From Harriotta raleighana (taxonomy: Eukaryota): a stretch of DNA of 64,000 nt. Made by a program: the position numbers and the translations under genes. This document shows positions 37,014 through 50,480 of the stretch, piece after piece. The notes beneath the pieces were generated by a model. It did no database searches. It saw only the letters and a list, made by a program, of their open reading frames with translations, and was not told the origin of the DNA. The DNA lies in the NCBI GenBank assembly GCA_050575255.1, contig JBNZDD010013699.1:5970625-6034624 (forward strand). The letters run 5' to 3'. Within the stretch, counting starts at the first letter, position 1; every line of letters begins with the position of its first letter.

Positions 37014-38473
37014 GTGTGCATCTCTGACAAGTCTTTCACCTTTTCAAATTTCCAATGCTTCTTCCTGAGCTGCACTTGTCAGCCTACATCCAGCAGAGAG
37101 GCTTCCTCTTACTAGCTCTTGCAGATTTGTCCTTTCATTCAGATTCATATAAATCCTCTTCCTGTGAATGTTAATCCTTGAATAAGTGATAATGGCTTAG
37201 TACCATCACAGACCTTGCTTTTTTTTAAATTAAGAGGTTGCCATGATTATATTTTAATTCATTGTAAAGATTTTTTTCACAGCTATACTGTTAGACTGTT
37301 TAGATCCTAATATTCACAATAAAACCAAGCCCCATTATCAGTTATTACTGGCATAGTGATCTTCATACATTAAATTGTTACCAGAAAATTCTGATAAAAA
37401 GTTTTCATAGTACAATAAAAACATTACAGTACAAAACGTAGTCTAAAATGGCCAGCAAGCTATTCATAGTACAATAATTATGGAAGTAAGTCTATATCTT
37501 ATTACTACTTTAGCTATTAACCTAGATTAATCTGCAATGGGAAGTAGCAAAGATGTAATTTATAACTTAGCTAGTTCTGAAAATGTTATTATTGATCATT
37601 TTATCAAAACTCCTGAATAGCATGTAAAATGTTGTCAAATACCATTTCCCATGGAGCTGCTTCTTCAGAGTAGCAGCAGTGTTAACAAAATTCATCTGCT
37701 TTAGTAAAATGTCAAATCTTTCAGCAATACAACATTATTCATATACAAGAGGAATTTGGTGTTACCAATAATAATTTGAATTTTATTTCTATGTATAGCA
37801 TATTCTCCTTTGACTTTTTTTGTATTGTCTCAGTATCCTATATTGCAGCCATAGTTTGCCTTTAAATGAAGTACTTTTATTGACTTGGCCATTTCTCTTA
37901 TGGTTGTTTGTGGGACCTTGCCCGCACAAACAGCTGCTGCATTAAACTTCAAAATACAAAATGTGTATTTAACAATTACCTATAAAGAGCTTTGAGATAT
38001 TTTGATGGTGTAACGTGCTATGCAAATATGAGTACTTGCTTACATACTTAGAAAATATAAATAGTTTTCTTTCTTATTTATTTTCTATATAGCACCAGAA
38101 GCTGTGCAAGGAATACAATATTTGCTGAACGGTGAAAAATATATCATGTTGATTTGAGGCAGTTTGAGATTGCTGCATCTAATTAATCCACAAGTGCCAT
38201 TTCCACTTCCCATGCATTATTTTAAAAAAACTTGCTAATTTGGTTACACCCCATGGAGGTTACACAATCTGCCTGTACTGTTAAACACATTCTCAAATGT
38301 TCTGCTTTTAAATTAACTGCAACCTGTCAATGACTTATTAATGGGATAACAGAGCACATTTTTTTCTCCTTTTCACCTTGATTTCCCTGTAGATTTTCAA
38401 AGATTTTCTTATTATTTTTCCTTCATCTCCATTGAAGACATTTTTCCTGTGAAATTCAAGGATTCCTATAGAA

Positions 38474-38653
38474 CAGTGGTTCTCAACCCTTTTCAGTAAT
38501 GTACCCCTTATTCATTTTCAACATTATCATGTACCCCCACCCAACCATATACACACACACCACCCCCCTCATTCCACTTGCATTTTATGACCAAGCTTTT
38601 CTTAAATAACAAAATAACTCCTGGGATATATGTACCCTGATTGAGAACCACTG
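38474..38653. mobile_element. hAT-Charlie-like MITE, same family as 2429-2957
   Basis: TIRs cagtggttctcaa / ttgagaaccactg; degenerate TSD ctatagaa/ctgtagat; first ~70 bp match the reverse complement of the 2957 end. Confidence 0.85.
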
Positions 38654-38975
38654 CTGTAGATAACAGGACTGAATGTGATTTATTTGTATCAACTCCGATT
38701 CTGCCAGTCTTTTTGAAAATAGTAATGCTACATCTGTCATAGGTATTGATATGTTGCTTTAACAAAAGAGAATGAGATCTTGGGTTGAGAACAATAAATA
38801 AATTAGCAAGTGTAATAATAATGAGTGCGAGTGACTTCATACGTTGCATTATTATTAAACCCCAAAATGTAATCACGGACAGAGGTGTGATCAGGGTCAG
38901 AAAGAGTGGAGATGGTATATTTTCAAATGGCAATAATAGTTTGAACAATTTTTGTGTGGTCAATATGTATTCCAG

Positions 38976-39762
38976 GGAAGAAGAAAAGAAGTTTGGAATT
39001 GATCCCTCTTACAGCGCGGATGGTAATGGCACACCTCATCAACCATCTGGGGCACTATCCACTAAGTGGAGGACCAGCCATACTTTACAGCCTCATCAGT
39101 GAGAATCATGACAATCCCTACGTCGAGTCATCCGATCTGTCGGCTGAGGTCTTTAAAAGTCCAAATTTGCAACTCTTTGTGCTTAATGATAGCACTCTAA
39201 TTTCCTACCTTCAGATTCCTGTAGAGGAAGAAAGGACTTTAAGCAGTGAACCAAAGGTTCCTGCCTCAGATGTGAGGGTAATTGTGCGTGATATCTCTGG
39301 AAAGTATTCTTGGGATGGTCAGATTTTGTATGGACCTTTTGACAATCAGATGTCTTGTTGTAAAGACTGTAAAACATCAGTATCGTCAAACATGAATAAG
39401 ATGCCTGGCAACCAATTTGATACACAGAGATCAGACTCTGGTCTTTTTCAAGATGATGATGATCTCGATAAGCTACTTGAAGACTTAGGTAACAGCAGTC
39501 CAGAATGCCTACCCCATCCACAGCTAAATCTAAGTGAGCCCGCTCCACCACCACTCGGTATGAGCTATGAACAAGAAAGAGACATCATTGATTCTATACT
39601 CAGGCAGAACAATCAGGAGGAGGAGTACATTCGCAGATGGAACAGAGATCCAAGTATGAGTGTGGCCTGCCAGAAAGAATCTGTTCATCATGAACCTCAG
39701 GCACTGTTCTACTACTGCAAATTGCTTCTTAACGATATGGGAATGAATTCCTGGGACCGAAG
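38976..39762 (+). CDS. RALGAPA2: RALGAPA2 large exon ([20 protein letters not shown]...MNSWDR)
   Basis: ttccag / AG|gtaagc, 787 nt, phase 1-2; corresponds to ORF 38954..39766. Confidence 0.97.
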
Positions 39763-42700
39763 GTAAGCAAGCTATTTATAAATCAGTCTCAAAGTCAAAT
39801 TGGATTATCAGCAGGGTTATAGAAGTTTTGTTTAGAATAATTTTATCAAAATTACAGTGATTTGCACTGCGTTTGCCTGCAAAAACAGTCATTAATCCTA
39901 CAAGACCTGTGAAGCACTTCACAAGGCTAACATCCTTTATAGGATTGAGGTTTGTAGAAATTAATTTAGTTTACATAGAAGTTTGCCAGTTAATGTCCAT
40001 CTCACTAACATATGTCATTTAGATGTCATATATTAGCTCCATGGAGCTATCTACTGCCTTAGCTTATGAAACTGTAGAAAATTAGAAAATCCCTTACTGA
40101 ACATGAAACAGTTTTCTATCCAGAAATGAACGAGTGTATGTCCATGTATTGTTAGGAGTATATGTTTCAGTGAGCCTTTTATTCTTTTAATTTGTCTATT
40201 TCTCCATTCATGATGGTCAAAAGGAGTGCGCTGAGTAAACAAAAATTTGTTCTGGTCTATAAAATATAGTTCAGAAATTGGGAGTAAGATATATTGGCAA
40301 ATGGAGCGAACCTCTTTGTAAGATTGGCCATAATTCTTATCTGCCAGTATCTTTAACACCTTCGCAATCAGTGTTCAAATCCGCTCACTTCCTGACACCT
40401 CCCTACCTCTCAACCGCTGAGCCCCCAAACACAGGAACACTCTTTCATTCCCTCTGCCTTACCCCCTCTCAGCCCCCTTTTCAAGTGCCGCCTGAAAACC
40501 TTTCTCTTCGACCATGCTTTATGCCTACCGCCCCTCATTGTGAGTTCAAAGTTCAACCATGGAGTTTGAACCCAGAAGCTGATTGAGAGGTGAGAATCTT
40601 ATTAACCAAGCCAGACAAAATAACAGCAGAAGGATAGCAATAGAATAATATCTAACCAGGCTTCCATTATAAGAGATGAGGAATAGAGCGAGACTGGTTT
40701 AGGTATATCTGATTTCCCACATATTTTATTTTTGGAAATCTGCTTTGCTCGGTTAAAAATTCACTGGTATGTTTGATATCATCATAAGAATTCCACCCAT
40801 TAAATCAGTATACAAATATTTACATCGTGTATTTGTTGGATGTACAAATTTACAAGCATCTGTTGTTAGACTATTGTTGCCCCTGCCCAATCAGTTGTGA
40901 AAGTATACTACCTGACAAACTGAGTATGTAATTGGTTGTGCTGTAATATACGATTCTTCTGATTCAAAAACATTTTTTTTCTTTGTGTTTTGGCCAACAA
41001 TCCACCAGGTAAATTGGACTTCCACTCCATGGCCTAGAGCACAAATTCACTGCTATTTTTGCTTATCTTTCAGCGCTGGGGGACGTCCTCCCGACGTGAA
41101 AGGTGCTCTATAAATGTGATTTTGTTAGTGTTCTTGCCCATCATATAGATTAGATTCTGATCAGCAAATCTATTTCCAACCTTTTATAACATGGTCAGGT
41201 AACTGATTTCATGTGTCATTCACTCAGTTTATAATGGTTTGTTGCATTTCATAAACTTTTGTGCTAAAATAAGGGTAGATTTTTCAAAGAATACAGCACA
41301 TTCAAAACTGCTTTTACAATTGACCAATATTTCTGTGAAAGTCCCTATTAATCCAATACCAATGCTCTGGTGAATATTATTGCCCCCCTTTTGTACCGAT
41401 CTTAGTGCCATCTATAGCAACGGTCTCTGGCTCAGCTCCAATATTCAAGCCAGGATTCAATATCAATACTGAGACCATGCCAGAATAAGTGGTGTTGACT
41501 GCTGAGTGCTTTTTTCAAAACCAGCACCCTTCTTGCAGCAATAAGCAAATATCCCTCCCCTCAGGATATTTTGAAGGATTCCTCAAATGTTCTGTTACAT
41601 TCTCTATTGTTGAGGGCTTATCTCCAGATAGAGTTGGATTCTAGGTGGATGTTTACAGTATTTGGAATATTCTAGTTGTTAACTCTTCTAACAATCCGAA
41701 CAAGCATTCCCACAAGCAAACTGTTTTTTTCCTACCGCTATCTTGGAACGTTTGCTTGTGCATAACGACAACAACACCACCAAAATTACATTTGTATTGC
41801 GTCTTTCACGTCACGAGGACATCCCAAGGCGCTGGACAGATACTGCTTCTGACCAGAAGCGAGACTTGAAGGAAGCCGGGGGGGGGCAGGGTGGAGCAAT
41901 AACAGACTTGCTAATGAATGCCTGAGGAGTTAATTACCCTGTTCCAATAGTTTTGACTAGATTTTATGTGATCACGTACCACAAAACCATATGCACTTTG
42001 AACAAAATATTACATTGGAGCAGAAGAACAACAAAAGTACATTTGTATAGTACAGTATGTACATTTGTTTACCTTTCACGTCAGGAGGACGTCCCAAGTT
42101 GCTAAAGTTAATAATTAAAGGTAGATAACAAATTATTTACATACAAAATTAATAATGCTCTCAATGCAATATATACTATCAAATGAAAAATACTTTACAA
42201 TTCATGTACATATTCGTGCAGCTCAAACCTTTTAACACTACAACTGGGAACAACGGTTTTTTAAAAACATATGAAAGGTCCACCTGATTTTCTCTTCTTA
42301 TATTTTGTTCTAATGGATCAATTCTTTGTCTCATTGACCTATTTGAGTTTATCAATCTAGTTTGATGCTGCCTGCTGCATGGCAATCAGAAAACTTGACG
42401 ATGGCTAGAGTGATCTCTTTATATAACAATCAGATTTCAATATCACAAAGGTTTTCTCTTTGAAGTCAGATCTTTTGATTTTTAATGAGATTTCCAAGTC
42501 TAGTGCATTTTGCCACATCCATTTTGGCTTGTGTGAATTGTTTAGTTCCTTTGCATAATTAATGAATCAATGTTAATAGCTTAATTCAGACAATCCACTC
42601 AATGCTAATTGGATGTTCAATTCATATGTTATCAAAATTTCTGAGGCTCAGCAAGTCTTTGATCATATACAACAAAGAAACAAAAAGGATCTAACTGATT

Positions 42701-42993
42701 GATGTACCTACAATATTCCTGCTTCGTCACAGATTCTATAGCAGCTCCTGCAACTAAGGAACACTTTCAGGTGTTGCTGACCTTCATGATTCTGTACTGA
42801 TGGCACATAAGGGACTAGAAAAGAGCAGTAACAGTGGGTTTCTATCTGGTAACCAGTTGTCCTGATATCCAAATAGACTTCCTTATTTCCTGAGAAAAAG
42901 GTTATGAATGGTTCATCAGTCAAGAACTTGCTCAGGCAAAGGCCTCTAAGGATGCAATACCCCTTTGCTGCTGATTGCATGAATTTAGTCTAC

Positions 42994-43133
42994 GATCGAT
43001 CTGCCGAAGGGTCGTGGACCCGAAACGTTGACTCACTTTCCTTTCTCCATGGATGCTGCCTGACCTGCTGAGTTTTCCCAGCAACTTCTGTTTTTGTTCT
43101 AAATTTCCAGCATCTGTGGTATTTTGTGTTTTG
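42994..43133 (+). mobile_element. Penelope-like element terminal fragment with hammerhead ribozyme remnant
   Basis: Perfect 14-bp TSD tgaatttagtctac (42980-42993, 43134-43147); ctgccga-agggtc-gtg-gaccc-gaaacgtt core followed by gatgctgcctgacctgctgag. Confidence 0.8.
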
Positions 43134-43283
43134 TGAATTTAGTCTACTTGGGCATGCTGCTTCCAGTGTCATTGTTTTTATATCAGTCCACTGGCTGCAT
43201 TATGAATGGCTTTCAGGTGTCTGCTAAATGTAATTGGAAATAAAATTCTATAATGAAATTAAGAGTGCACTTACCAATTATTT

Positions 43284-43619
43284 GGAGTCCTGTAGCTCAG
43301 TAGTTAGAGTGCACACTTTGGAAGCGAGAGATCCAGGTTTGATTCCCAGCAGAGCGAAATGTTAAGCAAGTTTCCTTATTCCACATGTGTCTGTTTACCT
43401 ACCAGTAAGTGGTACACTGCTTTTTAATCAATTGATAGATCGCTTTTTGGTGGAGGAATAATTTCTTTTAAAAAATTGGTCATTCAATCCATGACTGTTT
43501 GTGGGACTCTATGATTCATTTACCTAGCAATGGCTGCCACGTTTCACCCACAAAATATACACTTATTCAGTTTACTGTATATTCTGTGAAGAGCTATATC
43601 AAATGCAAGGATTATTATA
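43284..43619 (+). mobile_element. tRNA-derived SINE
   Basis: ggagtcctgtagctcagtagttagag head to atcaaatgcaaggattatt tail. Confidence 0.87.
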
Positions 43620-46600
43620 TATTATGTATATTTGAGGTGTCCTATTATGAACCTTTTCATCCCCCGCTTCTTGTAATATTCCATAGCACTTTCCACAATT
43701 TGAACTAGATTTAGTGTTCAGATTATAATGTTTTCTTCCCTCCTCCTCCTGCCCCACACCCCTCCCATTATGCTATGCCTGACATTCATTCTTATCCTCT
43801 ATTCACTAAAAGAAAGCAGCTTCTGTATTGAAGATTTCAACCAGCTGTAATTCTCATTTTATAAACCTTATTATGCTGGTGGAGAAATGATCAGAAGTCA
43901 ACATTATTGTAAATTTAGCCTGGAGTTTTATTATGAAACAGCTCTATGGAAGGAGAGCTCCTAACCAGCTCTGTGAATACTATTAAGACGTTTTCTGGAC
44001 ATGAAAGGTGTTATGTAAATTGTATTACAGTGTATTTGATGCACAAATTATAAACTGCCCCAGACTTCTGAAGGATCATTTTAATTAACAAAAAAGATGC
44101 ATTCTACATAGCTATTACTCACCTGTGAGCCTTGACTATGAGTATCATTGGGCCACTGATCTCTGCAGAGCATCGCAGCCAACCTGATGAGCAACCAGGA
44201 GCAGGAACTTTCTAGTTTCCCCCTGGTAAGGGTGGGGCCAATTTATCCTCCTCACAGTACATTTGTGTACTGCCTTTCACGTCGGGAAGACCAGTAATTG
44301 ATCTAATGAGCATCTGGTCTGTAAGTTCCACTGGCTGAATTTTGAATGTAGTACAGTTAATTTGGGATTTGTTTCTAAAAATGAACAAAACTAAAAAAAA
44401 GCTAGAAGGTACTAATTCCCCCTCATCAAAATGTATATTTTGTCAGGCACATGACATCAGGCACTTTCCTTCCATCTGTTGCCAGACTGAACTTCAGGCA
44501 TCATTACATTTTCTGTTTAAATAAGGATGAAACAGTGGGCATGTTTCCTTGTTCCATACACCTGTTTGCCCAGAATGGCAGAATATACAGTTAGTTCACT
44601 TGTATATTCTGTAAAATGCTTTGGGATGTCTTGAAGATATGCTTTGGGATGTCTTGATAAGATATTGTATCAAATGCAAGGAGTATTATTAGTGTCAACT
44701 CGTTAGATAAAGTGATTTGTTGGTTCAAGTAAACAATACTCTTCAGGTTTTTTTTTAACTCAATCAGCCCATCATGTGGGAGTTTCAAAACTTTAAAATC
44801 ATCCAAAAGTTCCTTAACTCTGATGCCACAACGTTTTAGTCAATATTACACCTGTTTGCAGACTATTCATTTTACCTGAATTAAGAAGTGTGTTATCTTT
44901 AATCCTTGATGAAAAATTAAATTAATTAAAAATCCTGTCCTGCCATTGGGGTGGGAAGTTTGGCAAAAATAATGCATTTAACTTTTAAATAGTGCTTTTA
45001 GCACTACTCGTGAAATTAATATCCTTTTTCATCTTGTAACATTAGAGGTCTGCTTTTGAACAGCTCCAAGCAGTATCTGTTTTCTTTAGTTTTCAACAGA
45101 TGTTCAACCCAATTTATGTATATGTTACATAACCTCTTCACATATATACCATCTTACTCTGCTCACGTTTACAATGTATTTCCCAACAGAGCTTTTTGCC
45201 ACAGATTGCGTATGATACTGTGTTCCCCAGACAAGATTGCAAACCTGTCTTGTACATAGAATTACACAAATTATAATCACAGGAGGCCTATATTGTGCTT
45301 GATTTTCCTTGCGGAAGCTGTTTTATAGAACCCTGGATATACAATTTCTGGTGAATCCATATACAATGTGCATAAAGCTATAAAATTATTGGATTATCAG
45401 GTTCAATTTGGATGAATCCTAACATTTTAAATTGTTGTATAAGAATTGGTGTCATTACTTCTCTGATCACGTCAGCAAGCATACATAACACTACATGCTT
45501 TGTGGTGCATTTTGCTTTTTCATTTTCAAAGCAGTATAATAGGGTGGAGTGTGTGGGTGGGGGGAGGGTGTAATTTGTGATGTGATTTATCACCAATGAT
45601 GATCTTATCATTTAGCAAGATTGTTCCCCAATTTTAAACATTGATATTCATTATATACAAATGGAACCATTTTACTTCAAATCTTTTATTTCAAAGTTGT
45701 AAGAACTATTTTGCTAGTACTAATTTGTGGATGCCAATTATGAACAGAAGCAAAACTGGTTGGAAATTAATAATCAGAATGAATTGAGCAATATTTAAAT
45801 TGTCACTGAATTCATAATTTTTTTAACTGTCTTATTTGCCTTTGTTTATAAATACACAATGCAATGGTATCAACTGTATTCAAATTTAGAATGACACATA
45901 GTTTTTTTTCTGGTTTCTCAAAGTTTTGATGCTTTTTAGAAATTTTCACATTGTGCAGATAGAAAAATGAATGGTATGAATTATGTTCAAGTCTCAAGTC
46001 CTGAGTTTAGGGCTAGTGTGTTTATGAGTCCCATAGCCAGAAGTGTAAACACAAGCTGAAAATCATTGAGCGTTCCCATGCACGACTGTAATCCAACCCC
46101 TAACCATCTGCTTCTTTGTGCATTATATATTCATTGTTGGCCAAGACATAGGACAAAACACCCTTCTCTTTTTAAATGGTGTCATAGGATCTTTAGCGTT
46201 CATCTGAAGAACAGTGCTGCGTTCTGCCTACAAAATAAACTTTATTGTAGTTACTTTATAGTATATCCCATGAAGCGCTTTCAGATGTCTCAAAGTAAGG
46301 CTCTATATCAAATGCAAGGATTATTATTATTAAATGGTGAGATGCTGACACCTGGCTATCCAGTTTTGCAAGTGTGCATTTTTATGGTTTAGGTTTCTCA
46401 CTTATCCTCCTTTCTCCGCCCTTTCTCCGTCCTTTTTCCTCCCTGATTTTACCCCACCCGCTTTTTCCTCCGTCTCCCTCCTTGTCCCTTTTTCCCCCCT
46501 TCTTCCCTGGCCCCACTTCCGTGTGTGTTTGTGGGACACTGCTGTGCGCAATTTGGCTGCCGCGTTTCGCCCACAAATATACAGTCAGTTTTTTCCTACT

Positions 46601-47070
46601 TTTCTTCCCCCAACCCCTCCCCTGACTTGACTGTACAGCGCCTTGGGACGTCCTCCTGACGTGAAAGGCGCTATATAAATATAATATATAAATAAAATAA
46701 ACGTGATATTGTACTATGTTACAAGTATGGAAGGCACATTTCTACATTTCAGTATCTTTGACTTTTCTACTTTGCTGTTCGGGGACAAACAACTTGTAAC
46801 TGAAAATATGACAGAGGTTAATCAAAATAATTCATTTGTCAAGAAATGCATGAAGAACGGATTTAAAAAGTGCAAATCCACCAAATAAATTTACCAAGTT
46901 CTGCTGAATGTTCAAATTTAGAAAAAATCAATTGTTCACTTTAGCATAATTAGCAATAAGAGAAAATTTAGTCTAATGTAATAAAAACAATTTCCTATAA
47001 ACCATGGCACCTATAAAGTTTGGCAAAGTACCAAGATTCTGCAGGTGATTGAAATCGAACAAGAAAGTGT

Positions 47071-47320
47071 TCTCCTGTAACTTAGTGGTAAGAGCATTCA
47101 ACATGCAAGCAAGAGATCTGGGTTTGATTCCCAGCAGGGCGAAACCTTGGGCATGTTTCCTTACTCCACACACCTGATAATAATTCCTCAAGAAAAAACA
47201 TCACATCTTCTAGACGTCTCAAAGTGTTTCACTGAATATACTGTTAAGTGAATTGACTGTATGTTGGTGGTCAAAATGCGGCAGTCAATTGTGCACAAAT
47301 GTAAGGATTATTATTATTAT
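47071..47320 (+). mobile_element. tRNA-derived SINE, rearranged (body segment inverted)
   Basis: + strand head, inverted body piece (~47200-47295), then aggattattattatt tail. Confidence 0.72.
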
Positions 47321-49306
47321 TTATTCTTGCTTACTGGTTCTGAGGAGAGCACTGAGATGTTATGTTGAACATAATGACTGAAAATATGGCAGAAGTTGAT
47401 CAAATTAGCAATGCATATCACACTCCTTGAAGGGTGCTATATAAATGCAAGTTGTTGTTGTACTGATCAATAGTAGTACTGAACATTTAGCTATGTATTT
47501 AAAATGGCAATATCCAATTGCAAAATTTATAGAATCATAGAAGGACACTCGTATTGATATAAAAGCCAGGCTCCATACTCAAACTATGTGCTGCACTTTG
47601 AACAGTCAGTTTGCCAAAACAATCACAAATAGTATCAATGTTGGTCAAACTGATAGAAAAGCGGAACAACGGTGGAAAGTCAGTTTGGTTTCACCAAAAT
47701 ACATTGCTTTTGGATGAAGAATCCTTGACAAGGGGACAAAATATTTGAATTTTTAACAGAACAAAATAGGATGAGACATTGGAGGAATATCTATACTCGG
47801 AGGGTTTCATCTTGAATTAATGCATCTGATGTCTGCCAGCATGCCAGAAGCAGTAAAAAAAAGAACCATCAATGACATGTTATACATCGTGGCAGCTTGT
47901 TTCAGATTAAACTGAATTGTTTCCAAAGAGACTTTTTTCTCGACAAGGCATTTGCGAAGCCTTTGATGTTGGTGTGCAAAGGTTTGATAATTTTCCAAGT
48001 TTTTCTTCAGTAAATATTATATGAATATTTCAATAGAACCCTTTATGAAAGATAAAACAGTGTTTTCATCTTTTCTGTGCTTAGCTTGGGTGTTAAGAAT
48101 CTATGTGCATATTATTTACATACCTTGAATATTGGTCTTTAAAGAATAAGTATCAGTGTGCAGTTTTTCAGAATTAAAGTGTGATGTGAAATTGATTGTC
48201 ATTCATTAACAACATTAAATAAATAGGTTCCAACTGAAATTATTGTAGGAATATATTGCAGTAAAATTATTGTTTAATAGTTTGATACAATGAAGTTTAC
48301 AATTTTACAAGGTTTTTCAATATTTTGTAGAATAGATTATGAATAGAAAAAAAATCAAAAAATTAAATAAAGTTAACTACTGCTGTCCTAAAATTGTTCA
48401 CCACTGTCATTTTGTGTAGATTGCTAACATATTTGCAAAATTCTAATTATATTTCAGTTTTTGCTTTCTTAATATATATACTCCATTCAATAATAGGATC
48501 CTTCCAATTTGCAGTATATAGAAATATATTTACTGTACAGAAGAAGGCCAGTCGGTCCATCGTTTTGGCACCAGCTTCCACCTCTCACCTTTTTACCCCC
48601 CATCATGCATGCTGTTATCACCAGCAGCTTGATGCATCTTCATACCTCACTTGTCGTATCCCCTAGCTTCCTATAAAAACTGCAAACAATCAAGAAGCCT
48701 GCACTCTACCAAACCAGTCCTCTGCCAGACCAGGGTCCCCAAACTCATCACCCCATCCTCACTGGCTCCCTATTCTACAGAGAGTTAAATTTGAGATTCT
48801 TGTGCTCTCAAGCCCTCTCAAAGCTCAGTTGAAGACCTATCTCTTTGATTGGAACGTCCTCCCGACATGAAAGGCGCTCTATAAATGTAATTATATTGTT
48901 GTAATTGTATTTTGATGTTGCTGTACTTTTGACCACCTTTCCCACACTTGCTTCCACCCACACTCCTAGTTATTTGTGTGAACCACTTTGAGACTTTTCG
49001 CTCACAAAATATAGTCATTTTACTTTACAGTATATTCCATGAAGCGCTTTGTAATATCTAGAAGATGTGAAATGCATTGTATCAAATGCAAGGATTATTA
49101 TTATTTTATTTAAAAGTAAATGGTTTTGTTGCTGTTGTTTCATTGAAAGATTTAGGCACCAATGTCCATTGTGAAGTATGAATTCTTAATAAATTATTTC
49201 TGTATTAACATTTGAATAGGTATTACTGTATATGGAACCAGGTGATTGATATGTGTTGTATTAATATCCCTTTACCCATTTTAAACAATGTACCTTTTGC
49301 TTGAAG

Positions 49307-49378
49307 GAACAGTTTTCATCTTCTGAAGAAAAATTCTAAGCTATTAAGGGAATTAAAAAATTTGGATTCCAGGCAATG
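49307..49378 (+). CDS. RALGAPA2: RALGAPA2 exon ([24 protein letters not shown])
   Basis: ttgaag acceptor (in-frame alternative cag 6 nt downstream) / TG|gtgagt, 72 nt, phase 2-2. Confidence 0.92.
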
Positions 49379-50356
49379 GTGAGTAGGTTGAATTTTGTAA
49401 TATTTTCTTTCATATCTGCCAAAGATGTTCCTTGTACAGTATTTGGGTTTAGGCTTAATTTATTCAGTATATTGTGACATTACTTCGTATTCATCTATCT
49501 ATAGGAGATTGAGAATGATGCCCATTCATTTTTTTAAATGAAATCTCCTAAATTAAAGTTAGTCATACTGATACATGTGCCACTATTAGTATTCATTAGC
49601 CAACAGATGTTTGTCCCAACAAAGTATAACTAGCATTGTAGGAAAATGATAATTTGCTGTAAAAGCTAATTTGTACAATACTATGAGCAAACTCTAAATC
49701 AGGTAAATGACTAGAAATGTGTTTCAAAACAAATGTAGCTGACAGGCACAAGAGATGCAGATTTTCGCAAACTTTTGTGTATTGTGCAAGCACATAGTTT
49801 TACATTGGTATTCTCTTCAGACAATACCATGTATGTTTTCAACTAATATGATTTGCATCTCTTACAATAGCACCCTTTCCATTTAAACCTGATGTTTTCA
49901 TTAAAAATATCAATCAAACATTTTTTAAAAGTACACAATATTGTCCATGGAGCAAACATTGAGTGTTCCACTTAATTTCTATCTGCTTAGCCATACACAA
50001 CAGTGCAGCATCATTTAATTAAACTACTGTTATTTTTGTCTTTTAAAAATAAAAATAAGTGAAAATTATTTTTCTTTGAAGTGGCTAACTGGGATGTCAC
50101 TTTTAAAATAAATACTGTACATGTAACTCAACTTGTCTGTGGACAAAAGTAATATTTTATCAGGATTAAGTATCATAAATGTACATAATATATAATATGA
50201 GTTCACACATATGTTCATAAAAATGTGCCATCATTAGATTCAATTTCTCATATCTTGATTTTCAATCCCGATATATAATCTATTATGACAATTTTTTTAT
50301 TTCCTTGTTCAAAATAATATTAATAATGAGATAAATTTATTCATATTATTTTTCAG

Positions 50357-50480
50357 TCGTGAAACTCATAAAATTGCAGTGTTTTACATTGCTGAAGGAC
50401 AAGAAGACAAGTGCTCAATCCTTTCAAACACTAGAGGAAGCCAAGCGTATGAAGATTTTGTATCTGGGCTTGGCTGGGAG
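50357..50480 (+). CDS. RALGAPA2: RALGAPA2 exon, GAP domain ([18 protein letters not shown]...GLGWE)
   Basis: tttttcag / GAG|gtaaag, 124 nt, phase 2-0. Confidence 0.97.

Noticed and set aside
38508-39102. 151-aa minus-strand and 105-aa plus-strand ORFs
   Set aside because: No recognisable homology; they overlap a MITE or the real exon in another frame.
44120-44245. Possible ancient SINE fragment (similar impression at about 4020-4230 and 29930-30100)
   Set aside because: Similarity is too weak to name or bound without a database search.
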